Below, piece after piece: positions 28,044 through 37,185 of a stretch of DNA of 64,000 bases (its first letter is position 1; every line of letters starts with the position of its first letter). Under the pieces are notes generated by a model. The model saw only the letters and a list, made by a program, of their open reading frames with translations. It was not told the DNA's origin and made no database searches. Made by a program: the position numbers and the translations under genes. Location: positions 1-64,000 of the forward strand of contig CBDFJG010000001.1 of NCBI GenBank assembly GCA_965248445.1. The letters run 5' to 3'. Source of the DNA: Planctomycetota bacterium. GTDB lineage: Bacteria > Planctomycetota > JAJSAM01 > JAJVHW01.

Positions 28044-29578
28044 GTACCTGTTCAGCCCTTGATCTGACCGAGGATCCAGATTGTTCCGACGCGGGTCGAT
28101 GAAGAGTGTGTGGGCACCGACGAGTTGCGCGAGCTGGTCGAGCGGATGTCGCGTCGGCTGAACGACGCGGAGGAGACGATCGCGTCGCAAGCGGAGGTGA
28201 TCGAGCGTCAGGCAGCCCGCATCGACGAGCTCGAGAGCCGATTGCGACGCGACTCCCGCACATCGTCGCGGCCGCCCTCGTCGGACCCGTCGTGGTCCAA
28301 GAGGCGGCGGCGGCGCAAGCCGCCGTCTGACAAGAAGCAGGGTGCGCAGTCGGGTCACGAGGGCACGACGCGCCAGCTCGTGGACGAGTCCGAGGTCGAT
28401 GATGTCCAGGACCACCGTCCGCAGGAGTGCAGCTCCTGCGGTAGCGGCGCACTCATTGCGGTCGATCGTGCCCCCACGCGGCAGCAGGTCTTCGCGCTAC
28501 CGCCGCGACTGGTCCACGTGACCGAGCACCGGCTGCACCGCGCTCGCTGCACAGGGTGTGGGATGACGTCCACGGGGCGTCTGCCCGATGGCGTCACCGC
28601 CAGTCCCTTCGGTCCACGGCTCACCGCACTGACTGCCTCGCTGGTCGGAGTCTTCCGGCTGTCGCGGCGGGAGACGAGCCGCCTGCTGCGCGACGTGATC
28701 GGCGTGTCGATGTCGCCCGGCACCGTGAGCGCCATCGAGGAGCGGGTGTCGGGTGCGCTGTCCTCCGCGCACCTCGAGGCACTGGGTGCCGTGCGCACGA
28801 GCCGGGTCGCTCACGTGGACGAAACACCGTGGCCTCGTCGCGGCGTCCTGCACTGGCTGTGGAGCGCGGTCAGCGAGCACGCAGTGGTCCACCGGATCGA
28901 TCGTCGTCGCAGCGCCAAGGCCATGCGACGACTCATCGGTCGCCGTTACCGCGGCGTCCTGGTCACCGACCGCATGGGCGCCTACGACCGGCACCCGACC
29001 GAGCGTCGCCAGATCTGCTGGGCGCACCTTGAGCGCGACTTTCGCTCGCTTGCGGAGGGACGATCTGGCGAGCGTCGCTTCGGCAAGAGCGCGGTCTCGC
29101 TCGCCCAGGCCGTCATGCGAGCGCATCGCCGCTTGGGTGAGCACGGGGACCGCGCAAGGATGCAGCGAGAGCTGCGCCCGACGTGGTCGCGACTGATCGA
29201 CTTGCTCGTACGCGGGGCGGACAGCAAGCAGCGTCGAGTCCGCGGGATCAGTCGTCATCTGCTCGCAAGAGCCGAGGCACTTTGGTCCTTCGCCGACGTG
29301 CCGGGTGTCTCCCCGACCAACAACATCGCCGAGCGCGCCGTGCGCAAACCAGTGCTGTGGCGCCGCGGCACCCACGGCAGCCAGAGCGAGCGAGGACTGC
29401 GCTTCGTCGAGCGCATCTTGACCGTCACCGCCACCTGCCGGCAGCGCGGCGACAACGTCTTCGACTACCTCGTCGCCGCCACCAGCGCCGCCGGGCTCGG
29501 GCAACCGCCGCCGACTCTCGTCGCGCTGCCGATCAGTCGCTGAGCACGGGGCTGCTCACTCATGACCTGAACAGGTAC
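28044..29578 (+). mobile_element. IS66-family element (single-ORF) copy b, diverged from copy a
   Basis: IR GTACCTGTTCAG/CTGAACAGGTAC. Confidence 0.9.
28110..29543 (+). CDS. IS66-family transposase
   Basis: 477 aa, colinear homolog of 21276-22709. Confidence 0.95.
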   Translation: MGTDELRELVERMSRRLNDAEETIASQAEVIERQAARIDELESRLRRDSRTSSRPPSSDPSWSKRRRRRKPPSDKKQGAQSGHEGTTRQLVDESEVDDVQDHRPQECSSCGSGALIAVDRAPTRQQVFALPPRLVHVTEHRLHRARCTGCGMTSTGRLPDGVTASPFGPRLTALTASLVGVFRLSRRETSRLLRDVIGVSMSPGTVSAIEERVSGALSSAHLEALGAVRTSRVAHVDETPWPRRGVLHWLWSAVSEHAVVHRIDRRRSAKAMRRLIGRRYRGVLVTDRMGAYDRHPTERRQICWAHLERDFRSLAEGRSGERRFGKSAVSLAQAVMRAHRRLGEHGDRARMQRELRPTWSRLIDLLVRGADSKQRRVRGISRHLLARAEALWSFADVPGVSPTNNIAERAVRKPVLWRRGTHGSQSERGLRFVERILTVTATCRQRGDNVFDYLVAATSAAGLGQPPPTLVALPISR

Positions 29579-29684
29579 CGCGAGTCCTCATGCAGGAGCC
29601 TGAATCTACCAGGGCCTGACACCCGGTCAACGCGACGAGGCGAGCCCACCCAGGCTCGAATCGCCCTTGGCGATCCTGCGCGGC

Positions 29685-30971
29685 CTACTTCGCGAGCTTG
29701 CCGCTGACCTTCCCGGCGAACGTGGTCGTACCCCGCGAGTAGTGCCAGGTGCCCTTGATCTTCTTCGGGACGAAGCGTCCGCTCCCGTCCTCCGTGCCCT
29801 TGATTTCGAGGACCACGGAGCCGCGGCCCTCGTCCGCGCGATCGCCCGGGATCATCGCGTGCACGTAGCGCCGCTTGGCGTCACCGGCTCGCTTCGAGAC
29901 GTGCCCGCGCAGCACAAACTCCGAACCAACGGCGTCGTGCAGGTCGTCGGGGCCGCTCAGATCCGGGACACCGAGCATCACGGTTCCCCCGGCCAGTTCG
30001 ACAGAGAGCCGCACGCCCCGGGCCTTCAGCTTCTTGAGCGTCAGCTCCTCGTCGGAGACGACGCCCCCGACGGTCGCCGTGAACACGTACGGCGCCACCA
30101 CCAGTTGTTGCGGGAACGTCAGTCCGGCGTAGGGAGTGTCGCGCACATGTGCGCCGGCTGCGGTGATCTCGCCCAGGGGTGCGCCGAACCCGCTCGTGAA
30201 CAACAGGTTGCCGCTCTCGAGCAGGACGAGGTCGGCCGCCTGCTGCAGGTTCGCGTGACTCACAGTGATCGGGTTCCGCCCGTCCGGGTGCGCGACGACG
30301 AAGATCCCGAAGACCCCGGCGGAGTTGCTGAGGAGACGGATCGTGTCGTCCGGCATCTCGATGACACCACCGCTACCCCGGCCGCCAAATGGATGGAGCT
30401 TGGTGTTCAGTTCCGCGGTCCCGACCCCGGCGTCACCGATCACGAAGTGACGGTCCAAGCCCGGATCCGACATGACGCGTCTGCCCGACGGCAGGATCGA
30501 GAGGTGTGTCGGAAGGAGGAACGTATCGGGTAGCGGAGCTCTCTCGACGGCACCGTCGATCTCGCGCGCAAGATCCGGCGGCGTGGCTGATGCGACGTAC
30601 AACTCCGCGCGGGGGCCGATCGTCATGTGACCAGCAGAGACCCCATCAGACTCGTCGAGATGCACCGACCAGCGGCCGTCCGGCCGGACCCGCGAGACGA
30701 GCGCCTTCCCCCCCATCCTGAAGTAGGACGAGACATAGAGTCCGTCGGGACCGAAGGCAATGCCAACGGACCCAGAGGCGTCTTCGCCTGCGGGCCGCAG
30801 ATCGCGGACGTGACTGCCGTCCGCGTCGAACTCCGATACCCGGGCGAACTGGCCTGTCTCGTCCCTTCCGGCCACGAACACGTGTCCTCCCGCAAACTCC
30901 TCCGCGGAGGCGGAGGACGCGAGCGCCAGGGCGAGAACGCCCGCGAGGCCAGCCCGTACGAAGTTCCTCAT
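29685..30971 (-). CDS. Secreted beta-propeller (NHL-like) protein
   Basis: Signal peptide MRNFVRAGLAGVLALALASSASA; GIAFGPDGLYVS and HMTIGPRAELYVA repeats. Confidence 0.8.
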   Translation of the reverse strand: MRNFVRAGLAGVLALALASSASAEEFAGGHVFVAGRDETGQFARVSEFDADGSHVRDLRPAGEDASGSVGIAFGPDGLYVSSYFRMGGKALVSRVRPDGRWSVHLDESDGVSAGHMTIGPRAELYVASATPPDLAREIDGAVERAPLPDTFLLPTHLSILPSGRRVMSDPGLDRHFVIGDAGVGTAELNTKLHPFGGRGSGGVIEMPDDTIRLLSNSAGVFGIFVVAHPDGRNPITVSHANLQQAADLVLLESGNLLFTSGFGAPLGEITAAGAHVRDTPYAGLTFPQQLVVAPYVFTATVGGVVSDEELTLKKLKARGVRLSVELAGGTVMLGVPDLSGPDDLHDAVGSEFVLRGHVSKRAGDAKRRYVHAMIPGDRADEGRGSVVLEIKGTEDGSGRFVPKKIKGTWHYSRGTTTFAGKVSGKLAK

Positions 30972-31064
30972 CACGATCCCCTTCCGTTCCAGGCGACTGC
31001 TCGTGCGAACGCCTGTCGATGCTAGCGCTTGCATCCGATCCGCGGACAGCCCACCTTCGGGCCC

Positions 31065-31942
31065 GTGAGTGGCACCTCTTCCGTCCGTGTGTGTCCGGTC
31101 GAGGACCTGGACGACCCGCGGGTCGCGGTCTACCGATCCATGCGCCGGGTGGCCGCGCTCCGGGACGACCTGCAGTTCGTCGCGGAGGGCGCGCGCGTCG
31201 TGCGGCAGTTGCTCGAGAGCACGCTGCGGGTCCGGTCGCTGCTGCTCGACCAGCGCTGGCTCGACGAGTTCGCCCCGCTGCTCGCCGCACGTCCGGAAGA
31301 CGAAATCATGGCGTACCTGACGACGAAGCCGGAGCTGGAGCAGATCGTCGGGTTCCACGTGCATCAGGGTGTGATGGCCGTCGCGGACGCGCCACAGGCA
31401 CCAGACCTCGACGCGTTCCTCGATGCGAATCCGCAGCACGTGCTCGTCGCGTTCGAGGGAGTCAGCAACGCCGAGAACGTCGGCGGGATGCTCCGGACGA
31501 TGGCGGGTTCGGTGCGCATGGCCTGCTGATCGACCCGGCGACCAACGACCCGTTCGTGCGCCGGGCGGCGCGCGTGTCGATGGGCGCGGTGTTCCGCCTG
31601 CCGGTGTGGCGATCGCAGGACCTTGCCGCAACGCTGCGACAGGTCAGAGAGCGCTCCGGCGCACGTGTACTGGCCCTGCATCTGCACGGCGAGACGATGC
31701 CGCTCGACGACGTCGATCTGAGCCCGCCGCTCGTACTCGCGTTCGGCAGCGAGGCAAACGGGCTGTCCGACGAGGTCGTCGCGGCGTGCGATGCGTCCGT
31801 CATGATCCCGATGTCCGGGGGCTGGAGTTGCCTGAACGTCGCGACGTCCGGCGCGGTGACGCTCTGGGAGGTGGACCGCCGCCGACGCGCTAGCCCGAAT
31901 CGTTCACCAGCCGGGAATCTGAGCGGGCCGTCGTCTGTCTAA
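31065..31942 (+). pseudogene. TrmH/SpoU-family RNA methyltransferase with one frameshift near 31505 (possible sequence error)
   Basis: FVAEG and NAENVGGMLRT in one frame; RRAARVSMGAVF, FGSEANGLS, IPMSGG and LNVA in another. Adding one G to GGG 31505-31507 restores AGFGAHG. Confidence 0.85.
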
Positions 31943-33562
31943 GTGCTCGTACTCGCTAGTACTTGCACCGACAGGAGCGCCGGCCCGATGACGACAGACT
32001 GTAGCCCGCAGGGGACCCTCTTCGCGGGCATCTGTGGACGCACCGCGGTGACGCGCTTCGACGCCGGTACCGTGACGAGCGACGGGGGCGTGCTGCTGCT
32101 CGAGCGGGTCGATCGTCGCATCGATCTGCTCTCGCGGTTTGCGCGCTGCTTCGGGGACCACCGGGACCCGCGTCGGGTCGAGCACACGGTCGGCCAGATG
32201 CTGCGTCAGCGGGTCTTCGGGCTGTGCGCGGGCTACGAGGATCTGGTGGACCACGACCATGTCGGCAAGGACCCGCTGTTTGCCGCGGCGTGCGGCAAGC
32301 GCGAGGGTGCTCTGGCCACGCACCCGACGCTCTCGCGGCTCGAGACCACGCAGCTCGGCGCCACGGCACAGACGCGCTACGCCAAGATCGAGATGGACCA
32401 GGAGCGCGTGGACAGCGTGCTCAGCGACGTCTTCTGCGAGGCCATGGGGCCGGAGGATCCGGGCCTGCTCGTGCTGGACCTGGACCACTCCGACGTGCGG
32501 CTGCACGGCCGGCAGGAGGGCCGCTTCTTCCACGGCTACTACGGGCACTACTGCTACCTGCCGCTGTACGTCTTCTGCGGCGAGCACCTCTTGCTCGCTC
32601 GGCTCCAGACCGCTGACAGAGATCCCGCGCGCGGAGTCGTGGACGAGCTCCGTGCGCTGGTCTTACGTCTGCGGCGCCGCTGGCCCCGGGCCAAGGTGCT
32701 CGTGCGCGCAGACTCGGGCTTTTGCCGCGAGGAGCTGATGGCCTGGTGCGAGGCCGCCGGCCACTTCTACCTGCTGGGCATGGCGCGCAATGAGCGCCTT
32801 GAGCGACACGTCGAAGACGCGCTCGATGAGGCCGCAGCCCGTGCCGTGCAGACCGGCCGAGCAGCCCGGGTCTTTCGCGACTTTGCCTGGACCACGCTGG
32901 GGAGCTGGAGCCAGAGGCGTCGCGTGGTCGCCAAGGCCGAGCACCTGCCGGGCGGCAAGCGCAATCCCCGCTTCGTGGTGACCAATCTGCCGCCTCGTAG
33001 CTGGAGCAGCAAGCGTCTCTACGAGCAGCTCTACTGCGCCCGGGGCGAGGCGGAGAATCGCATCAAGGAGCAGCAGCTCGAGCTCTTCGGCACCCGTCTG
33101 TCGGTGCACACGATGCAGGGCAACGCCGTGCGGATGGCCATGTCGGCCATGGCCTACGTCCTGACCTGTGCGCTGCGACGCATCGGTCTCGCCGGCACCG
33201 AGATGGCGCGTGCGCAAGCCGGCACGATCCGCCTGCGGCTGCTCAAGATCGGCGCGCTCGTGCGGATCACGACGCGCCGGATCTGGGTCTCGATGTCCTC
33301 GTCGTGGCCCTGGCAGCACGTCTTCGAGCGCTGCGCGCAACGACTGCTGGCATCCCCGAAGCCGACCTGACGTCCCGCCGCGCCGTCCGCCACACCACCG
33401 CCCGGCCTACGGTCTGCCCACACCGCAGAATCCGCGCCGTTTCGGCCGCTCACTCGCGTTGCCCTTGTGGCAACGACGACAGCATCCGCCCTCGCCTGGC
33501 CAAGATCTGACCCTGTGGACTCCGAAAGCACCGTCATCGCGACGTCTCGTGAACAGATGCGG
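31894..33562 (+). mobile_element. IS1380 type 1, copy 3 (complete)
   Basis: Both IRs; CTAG at 31890-31893 and 33563-33566; encodes ERVD instead of ERTD. Confidence 0.95.
31988..33370 (+). CDS. IS1380-family transposase
   Basis: One amino-acid difference from the other copies. Confidence 0.95.
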   Translation: MTTDCSPQGTLFAGICGRTAVTRFDAGTVTSDGGVLLLERVDRRIDLLSRFARCFGDHRDPRRVEHTVGQMLRQRVFGLCAGYEDLVDHDHVGKDPLFAAACGKREGALATHPTLSRLETTQLGATAQTRYAKIEMDQERVDSVLSDVFCEAMGPEDPGLLVLDLDHSDVRLHGRQEGRFFHGYYGHYCYLPLYVFCGEHLLLARLQTADRDPARGVVDELRALVLRLRRRWPRAKVLVRADSGFCREELMAWCEAAGHFYLLGMARNERLERHVEDALDEAAARAVQTGRAARVFRDFAWTTLGSWSQRRRVVAKAEHLPGGKRNPRFVVTNLPPRSWSSKRLYEQLYCARGEAENRIKEQQLELFGTRLSVHTMQGNAVRMAMSAMAYVLTCALRRIGLAGTEMARAQAGTIRLRLLKIGALVRITTRRIWVSMSSSWPWQHVFERCAQRLLASPKPT

Positions 33563-33566
33563 CTAG

Positions 33567-35262
33567 CCTGCATAATTCATCATGCCACGCCCGGAACGTA
33601 GATTCGGGCGCACCGCGCATTGCATAAACTGTTGTTAGAGCAATAGTTACACAGATGCGAGAGGTACGCCCGAGTGACGAATTCTACCCCACACACTGTC
33701 CGGTTTCCCGATCTCTTCGGGAAGGTCACCACGGCCGTGTTCGACGGCGAAGCGCACACGTCCGAGGGAGGCGCGGGACTGCTGCGCGCGGTGGACCGTC
33801 GAATGGGAGTGACCGCAGGTCTGGCTGCGCTGTTGGTGGATCGTCGTGACCCGACGCGGGTGCAGCACTCGTTGGAGGAGCTCTTTCGGCAGCGCGTCTT
33901 CTCGATCGGCCTGGGCTACAGCGACCAGAACGACGCGGCTCGCGTGGGCACCGACCCGATGCTCAAGGGGGTCACGGGCCGCGCGCCGATCAAGGGCGCC
34001 GACCTGGCGTCTCAGGCGACGCTGTCGCGCTTCGAGAACGCGGTCACGGCGCACGAGCTCGTGGCCTTGTCGCGCAAGCTCGAGGAGGACGTGATCGAGC
34101 GTCTTTGCGCTCGCCACCGGGGGGCCCGGCGCATCACGATCGACATGGACCCGAGCTGTGACCCGACCCACGGTGCACAGCAGGGAGCGCTCTTCAACGG
34201 CTTCTACGACACGTGGTGCTACCTGCCGGTTTTCGGCTTCCTCACGGTCGACGGCGATCCGGAGCAGTACCTTTTCTGTGCGCGGCTGCGGCCGGGCAAC
34301 GCGAAGGAGGGCCGCACGTCGCTGCGGACGATCCGCCGGATGGTGAAGCGACTTCGGCGTGCGTTTCCGCGCACGCAGATCCTCGTGCGCCTGGACAGCG
34401 GCTTCGCCGGCTCGCGGCTCTTCGACGCGCTGGACGAACTCGGCGTGAAGTACGTGGTCGGGATGCCCAAGAACAAGCGGCTCCTGGATCTGTGCGACGC
34501 CGAGATGACAGCGGCTGCGGTGCTGGCGGCGATGGAAGACAAGACGGCGCAGATCTACGGCGACTGCGAGTACCGGGCGAAGAGCTGGAGCAGGTCCCGC
34601 CGCGTGGTCTTCAAGGCGCAAGTGCTGGTCGCCACCGGGAAGGTGAACAAGGACAACGCGCGCTTCGTGGTCACCAACGTCTCGCGCAGCTACAAGCCCG
34701 AGACGACCTACTGCAAGACCTACTGCGGTCGCGGCGACGCCGAGAACCGCATCAAGGAACTCAAGGGTGGCCTGGCGGTGGATCGCACGAGCAACTCGAG
34801 CTTCCTGGCGAACCAGTTCCGCGTGCTGATGACCGCGGCGGCCTACGTACTCTTCCAGGAGTTACGCTACCAGTTGCGCGGCACCACGGCCGCAGTCTGG
34901 CAGGTGCACACGATCCGCGAACGGCTGCTCAAGATCGGCGCCCGCGTCGTGGAATCGGTGCGCCGCGTCGTCGTGCATCTCGCGGCGGCCTGCCCATGGC
35001 GCGAGCTGTGGTGCCGCGTCGCGCGAAGGCTCGGCGCTGCGCCGGTCTGAGCGCAGCCGATGGCCAGAAGAACGACACGCTTCCGGCTACCGGTCCGTCC
35101 AGACCTCGTCCGCGCGGCGGCAAATGGACTTGAACGCCCCCTCGGAACGAAGATCCCGCCGTCCGAGACCCCGCCGACCTCGGTGAACGCCGCAAGTCGA
35201 GCGCCCGGGCGCTCGGACCGGCCGAGGGACGCCATCGCGAGCGTCGTCATGAATAGTGCGGG
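33567..35262 (+). mobile_element. IS1380-family element type 2
   Basis: Imperfect IR CCTGCATAATTCAT/ATGAATAGTGCGGG, flanked by CTAG on both sides. Confidence 0.9.
33674..35050 (+). CDS. IS1380-family transposase (type 2)
   Basis: ASQATLSRFEN, IDMD, HGAQQGALFNGFY, VRLDSGF and RGDAENRIKE motifs. Confidence 0.95.
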   Translation: MTNSTPHTVRFPDLFGKVTTAVFDGEAHTSEGGAGLLRAVDRRMGVTAGLAALLVDRRDPTRVQHSLEELFRQRVFSIGLGYSDQNDAARVGTDPMLKGVTGRAPIKGADLASQATLSRFENAVTAHELVALSRKLEEDVIERLCARHRGARRITIDMDPSCDPTHGAQQGALFNGFYDTWCYLPVFGFLTVDGDPEQYLFCARLRPGNAKEGRTSLRTIRRMVKRLRRAFPRTQILVRLDSGFAGSRLFDALDELGVKYVVGMPKNKRLLDLCDAEMTAAAVLAAMEDKTAQIYGDCEYRAKSWSRSRRVVFKAQVLVATGKVNKDNARFVVTNVSRSYKPETTYCKTYCGRGDAENRIKELKGGLAVDRTSNSSFLANQFRVLMTAAAYVLFQELRYQLRGTTAAVWQVHTIRERLLKIGARVVESVRRVVVHLAAACPWRELWCRVARRLGAAPV

Positions 35263-35294
35263 CTAGCTAGATGCCGCTAGAACCACGAGCAACG

Positions 35295-35339
35295 TTCACA
35301 CGGTGGAAGTCACTGGTTCAAATCCAGTACGGCCCACCA
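35295..35339 (+). pseudogene. 3' half of tRNA-Val(CAC); att-like fragment
   Basis: TTCACAC anticodon loop, T arm ACTGG-TTCAAAT-CCAGT and acceptor 3' strand with CCA; no pairing 5' half upstream. Confidence 0.85.
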
Positions 35340-35401
35340 TTACGCGCCGAAGTCCCAGGGGGGGGCTTCGACCGCGCCGTGCCCCTCTGGTTGACCCAGT
35401 G

Positions 35402-35768
35402 ATGGACTTCGTCGAGGTTGCTTCGGACGCTCTGCGTCCTCGGCTCTGTCGCTCGCTTTGCTCGCTCCTGTCAAATCCAGTACGGCCCGCGCACCGCAGG
35501 TTGAACCGAGCAAGCGAAGCGAGCGAGGTAGCCGAGATGGAGCCACGGACGCGGCCAGCGCGGCTGGCGTCCCCAATCATCGGAGGCCCCAGCAACGCGA
35601 GGGCAAGCCCGCTTAGCGAGGCGCAGCAACCGAGTGAATGGACTTCGTCGAGGTTGCTGCGCCGACTTCGTCGGCTTGCCCTCGCTCCGCTCGGGCCTTC
35701 GGACGCTGCGCGTCCTCGGCTCTGTCGCTCGCCTTGCTCGCTCCCGTCGAATCCAGTGCGGCCCACCA
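35402..35768 (+). repeat. Two structured repeat units, each ending in a copy of the tRNA-Val 3' end
   Basis: ATGGACTTCGTCGAGGTTGCT at 35402 and 35638; tRNA-end copies at 35471-35488 and 35747-35768. Confidence 0.85.
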
Positions 35769-35847
35769 GAGAGCGGTGGATCCGAGGTGGCGGGAACTCG
35801 CTCGCATCCTGAGTCGAACCACTCCTGACTCGGTACGCTCTCGGACG

Positions 35848-37185
35848 ATGTCCGGTACGCGCGAACCAGCTGAGGGAGCGGAGAACGCCGAGCAGGCGGA
35901 GGTCGGTCAACTCTCCCGGCCGCGCAAGGTGCTCTACGCGGGCTGCGTCGTGTTCGGCTGCCTGGTCGCAATCGAGGGCGCTGCGCGGCTGCTCGTGCTG
36001 GCGGATGTGCTCGAACCCGCGCCCAGGATCGCGGTTCGCGAGGCCTGGGCACTCGAGGGCTGGGAGGTCGATTCCCTCCTCGGCTGGAGACTGCTGCCGG
36101 ACACGTCGAGCATTCGCGGCGGCGGACGCTGCGTGACGAACTCGTTCGGTCAGCGCGATCACGAGTTGCCGAGGGAGAAACCTCGCGGCGAGTTCCGGAT
36201 GCTGTCGATCGGAGACTCGACCGCGCTCGGCTACGGAGTGAGCGAACGCGAGGCGTATGCGGGCGCTCTCGAAGACCTGTTGCGCGAGAAGACAGGGCGA
36301 CCGGTCGAGGTCATCAACGCCGGCGTGCCCGGCTACACGAGCGCGCAGGCGCTGCTCTATCTCGAGCATCGCGGTCTGTCATTCGACCCGGATGCCGTGA
36401 TCGTCCAGGTCAACTTCAACGACCGGCGGGCGGTTCCGCCGGGCGATTCATCGGACTCGCCCGGTCGGTTCGTCTCGATCGAGAGAACACTGCGACTGCG
36501 GGAGTCGCTGGACTACTCGATGACGATGCGCCTGATGCGAGGCAGTCCAGACCCGGATGACGACAATGACGACGAGGGCCGCTGGTTCGAAGCCGTCAGC
36601 AACGACTTCCGGGAAGTCGAGGTGGACTCGCCCGCGCGCGTGTCGCTAGAGCAATACGAGGAGAACATTCGCGCGATCGTCCGGCTCTCGAAGCGGCACG
36701 GCGCCGATGTCTATTTGATCGGATTGCCGGACTACCCGGATCTCGCAGCCAACGTGCGCCGGGCCGGAGAAGCAGCCGCGGCTGGCGATTGGGACTTGGC
36801 GGAGAAGGAACTCGCGGACGAAGTCTGGTTCGGCGGGAGCGAGATCTACCGGCTGGTGCGTCAGAAGCTGGTCAACCGCATCCACGTAGAAGCTGGTCGG
36901 CCCGGCGCGGTGCAGGAGAAGATCCCCGTCAACCTCGATTGGACGTCAGCAGACGGTTATCTGCCCACCGAGTTGAGCGGCCGCTACATCGACTTGCTGC
37001 GACGTCTGGGCGAGGAGTTCGATGCAACGGTGATCGTGCCGCACCCGGTCGCGGACTCCGGCGAGATCTACCTGGATTACATCCATCTGAATGCGATCGG
37101 TCACCGCCAGGTGGCGCACGGCCTCGCGACGGCAATCGCGCGATCCGACGCGTTCAAGATGACACCCCGGGGTAGCGGTGACTGA
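35848..37185 (+). CDS. Membrane-anchored SGNH/GDSL hydrolase
   Basis: TM segment; IGDSTALG, INAGVPGYTS, NFND and DYIHLN motifs. Confidence 0.9.
   Translation: MSGTREPAEGAENAEQAEVGQLSRPRKVLYAGCVVFGCLVAIEGAARLLVLADVLEPAPRIAVREAWALEGWEVDSLLGWRLLPDTSSIRGGGRCVTNSFGQRDHELPREKPRGEFRMLSIGDSTALGYGVSEREAYAGALEDLLREKTGRPVEVINAGVPGYTSAQALLYLEHRGLSFDPDAVIVQVNFNDRRAVPPGDSSDSPGRFVSIERTLRLRESLDYSMTMRLMRGSPDPDDDNDDEGRWFEAVSNDFREVEVDSPARVSLEQYEENIRAIVRLSKRHGADVYLIGLPDYPDLAANVRRAGEAAAAGDWDLAEKELADEVWFGGSEIYRLVRQKLVNRIHVEAGRPGAVQEKIPVNLDWTSADGYLPTELSGRYIDLLRRLGEEFDATVIVPHPVADSGEIYLDYIHLNAIGHRQVAHGLATAIARSDAFKMTPRGSGD

Noticed and set aside
35263..35339. Intact tRNA-Val gene
   Set aside because: No 5' acceptor strand, D arm or pairing 5' anticodon stem is present.
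35295..35770. CRISPR array
   Set aside because: Only three short repeats, unequal spacing, spacers similar to each other, tRNA-derived sequence and no cas genes.
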